64,000 bases of DNA, from contig CAVTHK010000011.1 of NCBI GenBank assembly GCA_963734495.1, positions 128,001 through 192,000 of the forward strand, in the 5' to 3' direction. Made by a program: the position numbers and the translations under genes. The notes under the pieces are model-generated. The model had not been told where the DNA came from and ran no database searches. It was given only the letters and a program-made list of their open reading frames with translations. Numbering within the stretch: position 1 is the stretch's first letter; each line of letters begins with the position of its first letter. Origin of the DNA: an uncultured Spirochaetota bacterium. Its GTDB lineage: Bacteria > Spirochaetota > Spirochaetia > SZUA-6 > CAVTHK01. Positions 49,165 through 58,934 of the stretch are shown piece by piece.

Positions 49165-51585
49165 GCTCGCCGCCCTCGAAGCGGTGGCCGAAGCCTGGAA
49201 TCGGCAGGACATCAGCTACGCGGTCTGCCATGGGATCGAGCGGTACCCTGCGGCCGCGGGACGTGATCTGGACGTCATGGTGCGCGCAAGCCATATCCGG
49301 CGAGCCGCGGCGATTGCCGCCGATGAGCTGGCATCGGGTGGGTTTGTCGTTCTGTCCCCCGCCAACCCGTGGGGAGCGGTATGGCTCTTCGCTTTCAGGG
49401 GCAGCCTTCATCTTGAGATTGACCTGATCCCTTTCCTGTCACGGGGCCCGGTCCTGCTCGCGCGGAATCCCCATCCATCGCGGCAGGTCGGGCCGTTCAA
49501 GGTCGACCCGTGGGCCGGCTTCGCCAAGGGCATCCTGATGCCGGTGCTGGGCGGAGGGGTGCCGCTGGGGCCCCTGCCGGAGCAGGAAGCGGAGGACGAG
49601 GCGCGAAAGGCCTGCGTTCGGCTCTTCGGCCCCGGTCCGGCCGCGGAGCTCTGGCAGCACTTGCTGAGCGGGGACGGTGCGCGCATTGCGGGGATGGCAG
49701 GCGCGCTGCGGCGCAACTCGGTCCGGCGAGCGCTGCTTCGCCAGCCGCTGCGCGGGATCGGGCTGTCGCTTCCCTGGGCACGCAAGACGATCCTGCCTTT
49801 CTTCCACAGATGCGCGCCGATCGTTGCGCTGGTCGGGCCGGACGGGGTGGGCAAGACCACGGCGCTGCAGGCGGTGCGCGCCGATGTGCCCGAGCCCTTC
49901 TGCGGCGTCGCGGAACGGCACTGGCGGCCCGGGCTCCTGCCCCGGCCCGGCAGCCTCCTCGGCCGTGCCGCCCCCGGGCCGGACCCCGACGGGCTCCTGC
50001 CCCCGCGCAGGAGTCCCGGGAGGCTTCACTGGCTGCGGCTGGCGTACTACCTGGTCGACTTCACCCTCGGCCACTTTCTCAGGGATCTCCCGGCCTCCAG
50101 CCGGCTGCAGGTCGTCCTCTATGACCGGCACGCTCTGGACATGGCCGTGGACCCCGTGCGCTACGGCCTCGCCTCCCCGCGGGGGACGAGGCTCCTCTGG
50201 CGGGTGGTTCCCAAGCCGGACCTCGTCATCCTCCTGCACGACGAGGCTGGCCGCATCCGTTCGCGCAAGCCCGAGCTCGAGACGCCTGAGATCGACAGGC
50301 AGCTCGTCGAGTGGCGGCGCCAGCTCGTCGAAAAGCGGGTCGGCGCCGTCGTCCAGGCGGACCGGGGGCCGGAGGAGACGACCCGTGCCGTGAGCGAGCT
50401 GATCGTCGAGGCTTTCCTCGCCCGAAGACGCAGGGTGCGGCCGGGCCCGATCGATCTGGCCGGGTGGCTCGGGCCGATGCTCGGGACCTCGGGAGGCGTC
50501 CCGTACGGGCTCATCACCCTGCGTGGCCGGCGACAGTACCTGGTGCCCGCGGGCAGGCGGAAAGCGGCGCTTGCCGCGCTGCGCCTCTACAGGCCGCAGA
50601 AGCTCCGCTCGAGGCTGGCTGCCGCCCTTTCGGTCGCAACGAGGTGCGGCGCGGCCGGCCGGCTGCTCCCGCGTCTCACGCTGCCCTCCGACGGCGGGCT
50701 GCTGGATCACCTGAAGGCGGCACTGGGTCTGCGCGACATCGCGCTGGGATCTCGGGAGGGCCGCGGGTCTGACGGAAGCCCGTGCTCCTGCTCATGGATC
50801 CGGACGGACGGCCCGTGGGATACGCCAAGATCGGCTGGAACGAGCAGACCCGCAGGCTCGTGCGGAAGGAGCGCGAGGCGCTCGATTTCTTCTCGCGCCA
50901 TTCCCTGCCGCACGGGCTGTTCCCCAGGGTGCTGCACTCGGTGTTTGCGGCCCGCTGGTCGTGCTCGTGACCGAGCCGCTGGACCTGGCAGGGCGACGAA
51001 GAGGCGTCCGTCGAAGCAGACGAGAGGGAGCTGACGGACCTGGCCACGCGGTTCCGTGGTCGAGGTGGCCGAAGCCGGCGAGATCAGACAGAAGCTCGGA
51101 GACAGCGAGCTCATTTCGGGTATACTCGCGGGACTCGGGGACTACGGTTAGGAGCGTACCGTTTCCCCAGCGTCGCGTCGTCGAGCAGGCCTCGATACGC
51201 GTGGTTTCGAAGCTCGGCTCCTTGGAGATTCCGTTCGTCTGGCAGGTAGGGGACTTCGTGCCCTGGAACATTGCCGTGGACCGGGCGACCGGTCGTGTCC
51301 TGGCTGTCGATCTCGAGTACGCGGCGCCCCGAAGCATCCCCCGGGTGGGACCTGTTCCATTTTCTGGGAGGGAGGGCAGGTTTCCGGGCTGTTCGGAGGC
51401 CCTTCGAGATCCCGGCCTGGAGGTACTTCGAGGCGCTCGGGATCGATCGGGGCGTGGTGCCATGGCTTCGGGTCGCCTATGTGGCCAGCCTCTGGCTGCT
51501 GTGGGCGCGGTCGTGGAGCGCACCCGGAGTCGTGAGATCCGCCGAGGCCCTCCTGGCGCTGCGCGCCAAGAGCAGCGAGCTGTTC
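49133..51585 (+). CDS. Fusion: nucleotidyltransferase-like + thymidylate-kinase-like P-loop + aminoglycoside-phosphotransferase-like domains (frameshifts in the distal part)
   Basis: GRDLDVMV; VGPDGVGKTT, HWRP, YDRH..D, PKPDL; then YAKIG..EREAL, GDFVPWNI, VDLEYA, GWDLFHF. Confidence 0.65.
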
Positions 51586-51607
51586 GCGGCGCCTGGTCAA
51601 GCCGGGC

Positions 51608-52297
51608 ATGACCGCGCTCGACATCGGAGCGCATGTCGGGTACTACACGCGCCTGTTCTCGGGCCTGGTGGGGAGCGGTGGACAGGTCTTCGCTTTCGAG
51701 CCCAATCCGCGAACCTTCGCGGTTCTCGAGAGGAACGTGCAGCGGTGCCCGAACGTGCGCCCCATACAGCGTGCGCTGACCGATCGGGAAGGGACGGCCG
51801 TCATGTACGACTTCCTGCCCACTTCGGGCGGAGTCACCTTCTACTATGACGCCGGCAAGAAGGACTGGTACAGAGAGCAGCTCGCCCACAGGGAGATCAG
51901 CCCCCGCGTCGTCCAGGACTTTCCCGAGACCCGGCATCAGGTCACGACCGTGACGCTCGATTCCCTGTGGTCGTCAGGCGTGGTGCCCGGGGCGGACTTC
52001 ATCAAGATGGACATCGAGGGAGCCGAGATGAGCGCTCTGCAGGGGATGAAGGGGTTGGTCGCCTCATCGCCCCGCCTGACCATGATCATGGAGTACTATC
52101 CCCGGGGTCTCGAGCTGATCGGCATCGACCCTCTCGACGCTTTGCGGCGCCTCAGGGACTTCGGATTCGGCAGGATCGGAGTGATCGAGCATGGAAGCTT
52201 GACCGATGCCGGTGACGGGGAGTTCATGGCCCGGCTCGTCAGGAAGCTGCTTCAGGAGATCCTGCGGGTCAACATCCTATGCGTCAAAGGACCCTGA
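51608..52297 (+). CDS. FkbM-family SAM-dependent methyltransferase
   Basis: LDIGAHVGYY, FAFEPNP, TLDS, FIKMDIEGAE; frame extends upstream as RRLVKPG. Confidence 0.9.
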   Translation: MTALDIGAHVGYYTRLFSGLVGSGGQVFAFEPNPRTFAVLERNVQRCPNVRPIQRALTDREGTAVMYDFLPTSGGVTFYYDAGKKDWYREQLAHREISPRVVQDFPETRHQVTTVTLDSLWSSGVVPGADFIKMDIEGAEMSALQGMKGLVASSPRLTMIMEYYPRGLELIGIDPLDALRRLRDFGFGRIGVIEHGSLTDAGDGEFMARLVRKLLQEILRVNILCVKGP

Positions 52298-53514
52298 ACC
52301 GCCGCAGGGCGGCGCTTGCCGGCGCTCGCGCCCGCAAGCCGGCGCCTGTCGGCGATGGCGCCCGCAAGGCCAGGATCGCGGTCTTCTTTCCTTCGTTCCT
52401 GGGCGGCGGCGCAGAGGGCGTCTGCCTCTGGATTCTCGAGGCCCTGAGAGCGGAGTACGAGCTCACCCTGCACACCTTTTCCGAAGTAGACTTCGCGCGC
52501 CTCAACGAGTACTACGGAACGCACTTAGGCAAGGAGGAGGTCGAAGTCGTCCAGCCCCTCGCCTCCGCCACGCTCAACCGCGTGGTGGCCGGCAGCCGCC
52601 GGCTCTTCACCCTGAGGCAGCATCTGCTGATCCGGCACCTCAAGCGCCTCGGGCAGGAGCACGAGCTGCGCATCAGCGCCTTCAACGAGATGGACTTGGG
52701 CGAGCCGGGAATCCAGTACGTCCACTTCCCGCTCTATGGTCGTGGACACGAGAGGGTGCGCGGCGAGATACTGGCGCCCGATTCCCGCGTACGGGCGGCG
52801 TACCGGGCTTTCTGCAGGCTCCTGTCGGGCTTTTCGGACAGCGGGATGAGACAGAACCTGACAATCGCCAACTCCTTCTGGACGGCCGGCGTGGTCCAGC
52901 GGGCGTTCGGCGTCGAGGCCCGGGTCATCTATCCGCCCGTAGGCGAAGGCTTCCCCGCCGTGCCCTGGGAGCGAAAGCGCAGCGGGTTCATCGTGCTGGG
53001 GAGGATCGTACCCGAGAAGCGAATAGAGACCGCGTTCGAGATCGTGCGGGAGCTGCGGCGGCGGGGCCTGGAACTGAGCCTGTGCATCGCGGGGAGGAGT
53101 AGCGCACCCGGCTACCTGGCAACCCTGCGCAGGCTGATCAAGGGCAGCGAAGCGTGGGCGACGATCCGGACGGATCTGACGCGGGAGGCGCTCTGCCGGA
53201 CGGCTGCCGACTATCGTTACGGGCTGCACGTCCGTGAGAACGAGCAGTTCGGCATTGCGGTGGCCGAAATGATCAAGGCGGGCTGCCTGCCGTTCGTGTC
53301 CGCCAGGGGCGGGCAATCGGAGGTGGTCGGCGGCCTAGAGCCGCTGCTCTTCGACGGCCCGCAGGAGGCCGTCGCAAAGATCGCGGCGGTTCTGACCGGC
53401 AAGAGCGAGCAGGAGCGGCTGCGTCGGAGCTTGGAGCGGCAGGCGCGGATGTTCTCCGCAGAGCGCTTCATGACCGAGATCCGAAGCGTCGTCAGGGAGT
53501 TCCTAGCGGCATGA
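52279..53514 (+). CDS. GT4-family glycosyltransferase (ALG11-like)
   Basis: GGGAE, QYVHFP, ANSFWT, VIYPPV, GRIVPEK, NEQFGIAVAE. Confidence 0.88.
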   Translation: MRQRTLNRRRAALAGARARKPAPVGDGARKARIAVFFPSFLGGGAEGVCLWILEALRAEYELTLHTFSEVDFARLNEYYGTHLGKEEVEVVQPLASATLNRVVAGSRRLFTLRQHLLIRHLKRLGQEHELRISAFNEMDLGEPGIQYVHFPLYGRGHERVRGEILAPDSRVRAAYRAFCRLLSGFSDSGMRQNLTIANSFWTAGVVQRAFGVEARVIYPPVGEGFPAVPWERKRSGFIVLGRIVPEKRIETAFEIVRELRRRGLELSLCIAGRSSAPGYLATLRRLIKGSEAWATIRTDLTREALCRTAADYRYGLHVRENEQFGIAVAEMIKAGCLPFVSARGGQSEVVGGLEPLLFDGPQEAVAKIAAVLTGKSEQERLRRSLERQARMFSAERFMTEIRSVVREFLAA

Positions 53515-54746
53515 GCGCGCGCAAGAAGGTCCTGGTGTCCGCCTATGCCTGCGAGCCGGGCCACGGCTCGGAGCCGGCAGTAGGATGGAACTGGGCGCTG
53601 CAGATCGCCCGGTTTCACGAAGTGTGGCTCCTCACACGCACGAGCAACCGGCCGGCGATCGAGAGCGCGCTCCGCAGCGAGCCGATGCCGGGGCTGCGGT
53701 GCCTGTACTACGACCTGCCCGGCTGGGCGCGGTTCTGGAAGAGGGGCCGGCGGGGAGTGCACCTCTACTACGGCCTGTGGCAGGTGGGCGCCTATTTCCT
53801 GGTCCGGCGGCTTCTCAAGGCGACGCGCTTCGACGTGGTCCATCACGTGACCTTCGTGAACTACTGGCTGGGCAGCCTGCTTCCTCTGCTGCGAGTCCCT
53901 TTCGTATGGGGACCGGTGGGCGGGGGGGAGTCGTGTCCGAGGGCCTTCCTGCGGTCCTTCAGCTGGAGAGGCAGAATGCACGAGCTGCTGCGCGCGGCCG
54001 CGCGCTGGCTCGGCGAGCACAACCCGGCGCTCCGGGCGGCCGCCGCGAGGATCGCGGTCGGGCTGGCCACTACGCCGGCGACGGGGAGGCGGCTGGAGGC
54101 TCTCGCCTGCCGGCGCGTGGAGGTCATGACGCAGGCCGGGATGAGCGCGCGGGAGATCTCACAGGCTCGCGGCGCGTCCGGGCCGCCCGACGGCGTCTTC
54201 CGCGTGCTGAGCATGGGACGCCTCGTGCACTGGAAAGGGTTTCACCTGGGCCTGCTCGCGTTCGCCGCCGTGCACCGTGAGCTCGGCAGCAGCGAATACC
54301 ACCTGGTCGGCGACGGACCCGAGCGGCGCCGGCTGGAGCGCCTCGCCGGGCGTCTCGGCGTGACGGACAGCGTCCGGTTCTGGGGACTCCTCCCCCGGGA
54401 GGAGGCCTTGAAGCACCTGGCCTCCTGCAGCCTGCTCCTGCACCCCAGCCTGCACGATTCGGGGGGGTGGGTTTGCCTGGAGGCGATGGCGGCGGGACGA
54501 CCCGTGGTCTGCCTGGACGCCGGAGGGCCCGCCATGCAGGTGACGCCGCAGAGCGGCTTTCTGGTCCCACCCGGAACCCCGGGGCAGGCGGTATCCGACA
54601 TCGCGAGGATCCTGCTTGCCCTGGCCGCTGACCCGGGGCTGCAGTCAGGTCTGGGTGAGGAGGGCCGTCGCAGGGTCGCGGGCTGCTTCGACTGGAACGT
54701 CAAGGGACTGCAGATGGCGAGGCTCTACGAGGAGTGCATCGGATGA
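53511..54746 (+). CDS. GT4-family glycosyltransferase
   Basis: SAYACEPGHGSEPAVGW, WGPVGGGE, GRLVHWKG, PSLHDSGGWVCLEAM. Confidence 0.9.
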   Translation: MSARKKVLVSAYACEPGHGSEPAVGWNWALQIARFHEVWLLTRTSNRPAIESALRSEPMPGLRCLYYDLPGWARFWKRGRRGVHLYYGLWQVGAYFLVRRLLKATRFDVVHHVTFVNYWLGSLLPLLRVPFVWGPVGGGESCPRAFLRSFSWRGRMHELLRAAARWLGEHNPALRAAAARIAVGLATTPATGRRLEALACRRVEVMTQAGMSAREISQARGASGPPDGVFRVLSMGRLVHWKGFHLGLLAFAAVHRELGSSEYHLVGDGPERRRLERLAGRLGVTDSVRFWGLLPREEALKHLASCSLLLHPSLHDSGGWVCLEAMAAGRPVVCLDAGGPAMQVTPQSGFLVPPGTPGQAVSDIARILLALAADPGLQSGLGEEGRRRVAGCFDWNVKGLQMARLYEECIG

Positions 54747-56098
54747 CACCGCGAGGGGCTTCGCGCTGGATCGAGCAGCACTGGCTCGGCGGTGTGCTCG
54801 CCGCACTGGTCGGCCTGGGCGTCGTATATCTTCAGACGACCGCGCTGCTGGCGGCTGCCGCGGCCTCGCTCGTCGCGATCATTCTGCTCGGCGGGTCGCG
54901 CGCGGCCGACTATGCGTGCTTTCTCGCGCTGTTCAGCGGACCGCCGAGGATCCGCGCCAGGGATCCGCTGGACTCACTCAGGGGAGAGATCGACTGGGTG
55001 GTGCTGCTGCACATGGCGGTCTGGCTCATCGGCGCCTTGTGGGTGATCCGACAGTGGCATCAGCTCGCTGTCGAGCGCAAGGTGCTCCCCTTTACCTGGA
55101 TCCATGTTCTGGCCGTTCTGCTGGCTGCCGTGCTTGGCGCTTCGCTGTTCATCTCCCCGGGGCCGCTGCTGACGCTCTTCCGGTCCCTGCAGATGCTGAC
55201 GATGGTCATGTTCGGGTTCATCTGGGTCGAGAAGCTGGGCCCCGGAGGGGCGCTGCGCAGCCTGTTCTGGGGCTACGTCGCCATCGCCATCGCCATCGCC
55301 GCTGCTGCGCTCTTCCGCCCCGAGCTGGTGTTGGCCGGCGAGCGGGTGCGCGGGGACTACATCGCGGATACCGGCGCCGCCGGCGCGATGGGCATCATCC
55401 TGCTGTCGAGCTACCCGCCCCGGCTGCATCGGCTGCTCGCGCTTCCCATCATGGGGCTGTTCATCGCCCTGCTGGCGCTCTCGTCCACCCGTGCGGCCTA
55501 CGTCGTGGTGGCTGTCTTTCTGGTGCTGGCCGCGATCCGGCGGCCCGATGTCCCCGCCCTGACGTTCATCAACATAGCGCTGGGGCTGGTAGGGGTCATG
55601 CTTCTCCTGTTCGGACTGATGCCGTTGGTGATCGCCTGGCTGGTCCGTGATCCCACATCCCTTCAGTCTTTTAGCGGAAGGATCCCGCTCTGGGGGTTCC
55701 TCGTCCCCATCATGTTGCAGAAATCGCCGCTGCTCGGCCTGGGATTCTACGCTGCTTCGCGGGTCTACAGCCTGCAGTTCAACGTCGGCATCGGGACGGC
55801 GCACAGCGCCTTTGTCGAGGTCCTGGTGGGAGGCGGGGTCATCGGCTGCGGCGTGTTCCTGGCCGTGGTGGGCGTCACCCTCCTCGTCTCCCTGCGATCG
55901 TTCGTGCGCCGCGGAGAGGAGCCCGAGGTGTTCGTCACTTTCGCGCTGCTTCTCGGCGTCGTCTGTCTTGGAATTGTTTCCGAAGAGATGGTGATCGCGA
56001 GCCCGACCGCGCTCACATTCTGGATCGTGCTGTCCGTGGCTCTCCGCCAGGCGTGGACCGTGGCGACGGCCAGGGCTCCGGCAGCCGGCGCCGGCTGA
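54743..56098 (+). CDS. O-antigen ligase / Wzy-like polymerase
   Basis: About 11-12 TM helices; SSTRAA, SGRIPLW, PLLGLGF, AHSAFVEVL..GG. Confidence 0.8.
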   Translation: MTPRGASRWIEQHWLGGVLAALVGLGVVYLQTTALLAAAAASLVAIILLGGSRAADYACFLALFSGPPRIRARDPLDSLRGEIDWVVLLHMAVWLIGALWVIRQWHQLAVERKVLPFTWIHVLAVLLAAVLGASLFISPGPLLTLFRSLQMLTMVMFGFIWVEKLGPGGALRSLFWGYVAIAIAIAAAALFRPELVLAGERVRGDYIADTGAAGAMGIILLSSYPPRLHRLLALPIMGLFIALLALSSTRAAYVVVAVFLVLAAIRRPDVPALTFINIALGLVGVMLLLFGLMPLVIAWLVRDPTSLQSFSGRIPLWGFLVPIMLQKSPLLGLGFYAASRVYSLQFNVGIGTAHSAFVEVLVGGGVIGCGVFLAVVGVTLLVSLRSFVRRGEEPEVFVTFALLLGVVCLGIVSEEMVIASPTALTFWIVLSVALRQAWTVATARAPAAGAG

Positions 56099-56118
56099 GG
56101 GCGGCGCGGGGCACGAAG

Positions 56119-57288
56119 GTGCGCATTCTGCTGGTGCACGAGTACTATCGGCAGCGCGGGGGAGAAGACAGCGTCTTCGAGGCGGAGGCCCGCCTGCTGC
56201 GCTCTCACCGGCACGAGGTCGTGGAGTACACCGAAGACAACGCCCGGATCGCACGGAGCCCGCTGCTCGCCGCGAGGGTCTTCTGGTCCCGCGCCGCCGG
56301 CGACGCCGTGGCCCGCACGCTGACCGAAACCCGGCCTGTGCTGGCTCACTTCCACAATACCTTCCCTCTCGTGTCGCCGTCCGGCTACTACGCCTGCCGG
56401 CGAGCCGGGGTGCCGGTGGTCCAGACTCTTCACAACTATCGCCTGCTGTGCCCGGCGGCGACCCTCTTTCGGGACGGGTCAACATGCGACCTGTGCCTGA
56501 ACGCGCGCGTGCCCTGGCCGGGAGTCCTGCATTCCTGCTATCGAAGGTCCGTTGCGCAGACGGCCGCTGTCGCGGGGATGCTGGCGCTTCACCGGGCGCT
56601 CGGGACCTGGAGGAGCAAGGTGGACGTGTTCATCGCCCCGAGCGAGTTCAGCCGGAGAGAGTTCGTGGAGGGCGGACTGCCCGCGGAAAAGATCCTCGTC
56701 AAGCCCCATTTCGTGCATCCCGATCCGCACGAGCGGAACGGCCCGGGTGACTATGCTCTCTTCGTGGGGCGGCTTTCGGAGGAGAAAGGGGTGCGCCTGC
56801 TGCTCGAGGCGTGGCAGGCGCTTCCAGGCGCGCCGCTGATTGTCGTCGGCGACGGGCCGCTTCGGCAGGAAGTGGAGCACGCCGGCGGGGTCCGGGCGGT
56901 CGGCTGGCTGCCCGCCGACGAGGTGCTCCAAATCATGAAAGGCGCGCGGTTTCTCGTGTTTCCCTCCCTTTGGCCCGAGCCCTTCGGCAGGGTGATCATC
57001 GAGGCATTCGCCTGCGGGCTTCCGGTGCTCGCCTCGCCCCTGGGCGCGGCAGGGGATCTGGTGCGTGACGAGGCGACCGGGCTCCACTTCCTTCCGGGAG
57101 AGCCGTCCGACCTGGCCGCAAAGGCAGCCTGGATCTGGGCCCATCCGCACGAAGCGCGTGCCATGGGCAGCAGAGCTCGCCGCGAGTTTGAGGAGAAGTA
57201 CGCTCCGGAGCCGAACTATCGCAGGCTGCTGGAGATCTACTCGATCGCGATGACGGGGGAAGCCGCGGGACGGATCCCGGGCGGGTGA
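56119..57288 (+). CDS. GT4-family glycosyltransferase
   Basis: YRQRGGED, HFHNTFP, QTLHNYRLLC, FVGRLSEEKG, PSLWPEPFG..IIEAFA. Confidence 0.9.
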   Translation: MRILLVHEYYRQRGGEDSVFEAEARLLRSHRHEVVEYTEDNARIARSPLLAARVFWSRAAGDAVARTLTETRPVLAHFHNTFPLVSPSGYYACRRAGVPVVQTLHNYRLLCPAATLFRDGSTCDLCLNARVPWPGVLHSCYRRSVAQTAAVAGMLALHRALGTWRSKVDVFIAPSEFSRREFVEGGLPAEKILVKPHFVHPDPHERNGPGDYALFVGRLSEEKGVRLLLEAWQALPGAPLIVVGDGPLRQEVEHAGGVRAVGWLPADEVLQIMKGARFLVFPSLWPEPFGRVIIEAFACGLPVLASPLGAAGDLVRDEATGLHFLPGEPSDLAAKAAWIWAHPHEARAMGSRARREFEEKYAPEPNYRRLLEIYSIAMTGEAAGRIPGG

Positions 57289-57292
57289 CGAA

Positions 57293-57991
57293 ATGGTGTT
57301 CGGCAAGAAACTGGCCGGCAGGATCTACCCCAGGCATTCGAGGCTGCTCGCGGCCCTGAACGAGAATGCCTGGTTCGTGAAGTGGGCGCGGGAGAACGAA
57401 GGCTGCCAGGCCTTCTTCGCGCGGCGCGAGAAGGGCAGGCTGGCCGGATTCTACCAGCACGTCAACCGGGTGATCGCAGGTGATGACCGGCCGATCGATT
57501 ATCTGGAGTTTGGCGTCGGCGAAGGTCGCAGCCTCCGACTCTGGTCCGAGGTCAACAGGAACAGGGACAGCAGATTCTACGGCTTCGACTCGTTCTACGG
57601 CTTGCCCGAGGATTGGGAATGGGCCCTCGGCGGCATGTCGAAGGGGGCGTATTCCACGAACGGGCGGGCGCCGGCCATCGACGACGAGCGCGTCAGCTGC
57701 ATTGCGGGCCTGTTTCAGGACAGCCTGCCTGGGTTCCTGAAGCAGTTTACTCCCAGGAACGCCCTGATCGTTCACCTCGACTGTGATCTGTATACCTCCA
57801 CCCTCTACTGCCTGACCCAGCTGGACTCCATTCTGCAGGGCGCTGCGGTCATATTCGATGAGTTCGACAACCTGCTCCATGAATTCGCCGCTTTCCGGGA
57901 TTACGCGAGCAGCTACCGGCGGGGCTACCAGGTCCTGGCGCGGTTCGACTATTTCAAGAAGGTTGCCATCCAGGTGACGGGCCGCTACTGA
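57293..57991 (+). CDS. TylF/MycF-family O-methyltransferase
   Basis: YLEFGV..G, GFDSF.GLPE, GLFQDSL, HLDCDLYTST, FDEF. Confidence 0.87.
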   Translation: MVFGKKLAGRIYPRHSRLLAALNENAWFVKWARENEGCQAFFARREKGRLAGFYQHVNRVIAGDDRPIDYLEFGVGEGRSLRLWSEVNRNRDSRFYGFDSFYGLPEDWEWALGGMSKGAYSTNGRAPAIDDERVSCIAGLFQDSLPGFLKQFTPRNALIVHLDCDLYTSTLYCLTQLDSILQGAAVIFDEFDNLLHEFAAFRDYASSYRRGYQVLARFDYFKKVAIQVTGRY

Positions 57992-58083
57992 GCACGGTGA
58001 TCGCGAGCGGCTGCGTGACGCAGAACCTGTCTCCTATGTGGCTGTTTGCTCGCGTGCTGCTCCGATGCTACCATTTGGCATGA

Positions 58084-58320
58084 GCCCTCGCGTTCAGGAG
58101 CCAATGGGACACGCTGCTGTGGCCCCTGCTGATCGCGCAGACTGAAAGGATGAAGAGCCTGCCGCTCTACATCGCCAGGTTCACGAGGGACATCAACAGC
58201 GATGAGGGGTCTCAGATGGCGGTCGCGCTCCTCGCGAGCATGCGCATGCCGATTCTCTTCTTCTCCATGTCGAAGTACTTTATCAGCGGCTCCGCGGTCC
58301 ACTCCTCGCGAAAGGGTTGA
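58084..58320 (+). pseudogene. 3' remnant of a carbohydrate ABC permease
   Basis: Manual translation after a TGA at 58081: ALAFRSQWDTLLWPLLIAQTERMKSLPLYIARF...QMAVALLASM..PILFFSMSKYFISGSAVHSSRKG-stop; no N-terminal part upstream. Confidence 0.7.
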
Positions 58321-58328
58321 GAGCGTCC

Positions 58329-58913
58329 ATGGGTTTCATCTTCGACATGGGGAACGTGCTGTCCCTCGGGGTCGACGTCGTGCCCCGCGTCGCCGAGAGG
58401 TTGGGCATGACCGTCGAGCAGCTCGTCGACTACGGGCGGCGCGACTTTCAGGCGCTCATGGTGGGCGCGATGACGGCGGAGGAATTCTGGGAGGGCTTCA
58501 ACAGACACTTCGGGACGGACATCCGCGAAGACCTGTTGACCGCTTTCTTCCACCCCGTGACCGACAAGCGGGTCGAGCGGCTGATCCTCGATCTCAAAGC
58601 CGCCGGCCGCCGCGTGGTCTGCGGAAGCAACACGTTCGAGGGGCACTACCTCTATCACCGCGAGCACGGGGAGTACGCGGTGTTCGACAAGGTCTACGCC
58701 AGTCACCTCATGAAGGTCGCCAAACCCACACCGGCCTTCTACGAGCGGATCCTCGAGCAGGAGGGCTGGCGGGCCGCGGACGCCTGGTTCATAGACGACC
58801 GGGAAGCGAACGTCGCGTCGGCCCGGAAGCTCGGGATCCGCTCGCTGCTCTACGAATCGTACGAGGGGCTCGAGGCCTGGCTCGCGGGACAGATGCTGCC
58901 GCCGACGCGGTAG
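58329..58913 (+). CDS. HAD-superfamily phosphatase (YihX-like)
   Basis: FDMGNV, GSNT, AKP, FIDD...NV motifs. Confidence 0.88.
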   Translation: MGFIFDMGNVLSLGVDVVPRVAERLGMTVEQLVDYGRRDFQALMVGAMTAEEFWEGFNRHFGTDIREDLLTAFFHPVTDKRVERLILDLKAAGRRVVCGSNTFEGHYLYHREHGEYAVFDKVYASHLMKVAKPTPAFYERILEQEGWRAADAWFIDDREANVASARKLGIRSLLYESYEGLEAWLAGQMLPPTR

Positions 58914-58934
58914 GCGCCGAGGCCGGCCGCGGGA

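Noticed and set aside
49820-50420. Housekeeping thymidylate kinase (tmk)
   Set aside because: It is an internal domain of a fusion protein in a polysaccharide locus.
58212-58706. 164-aa minus-strand ORF
   Set aside because: Antisense to the HAD phosphatase and permease remnant.
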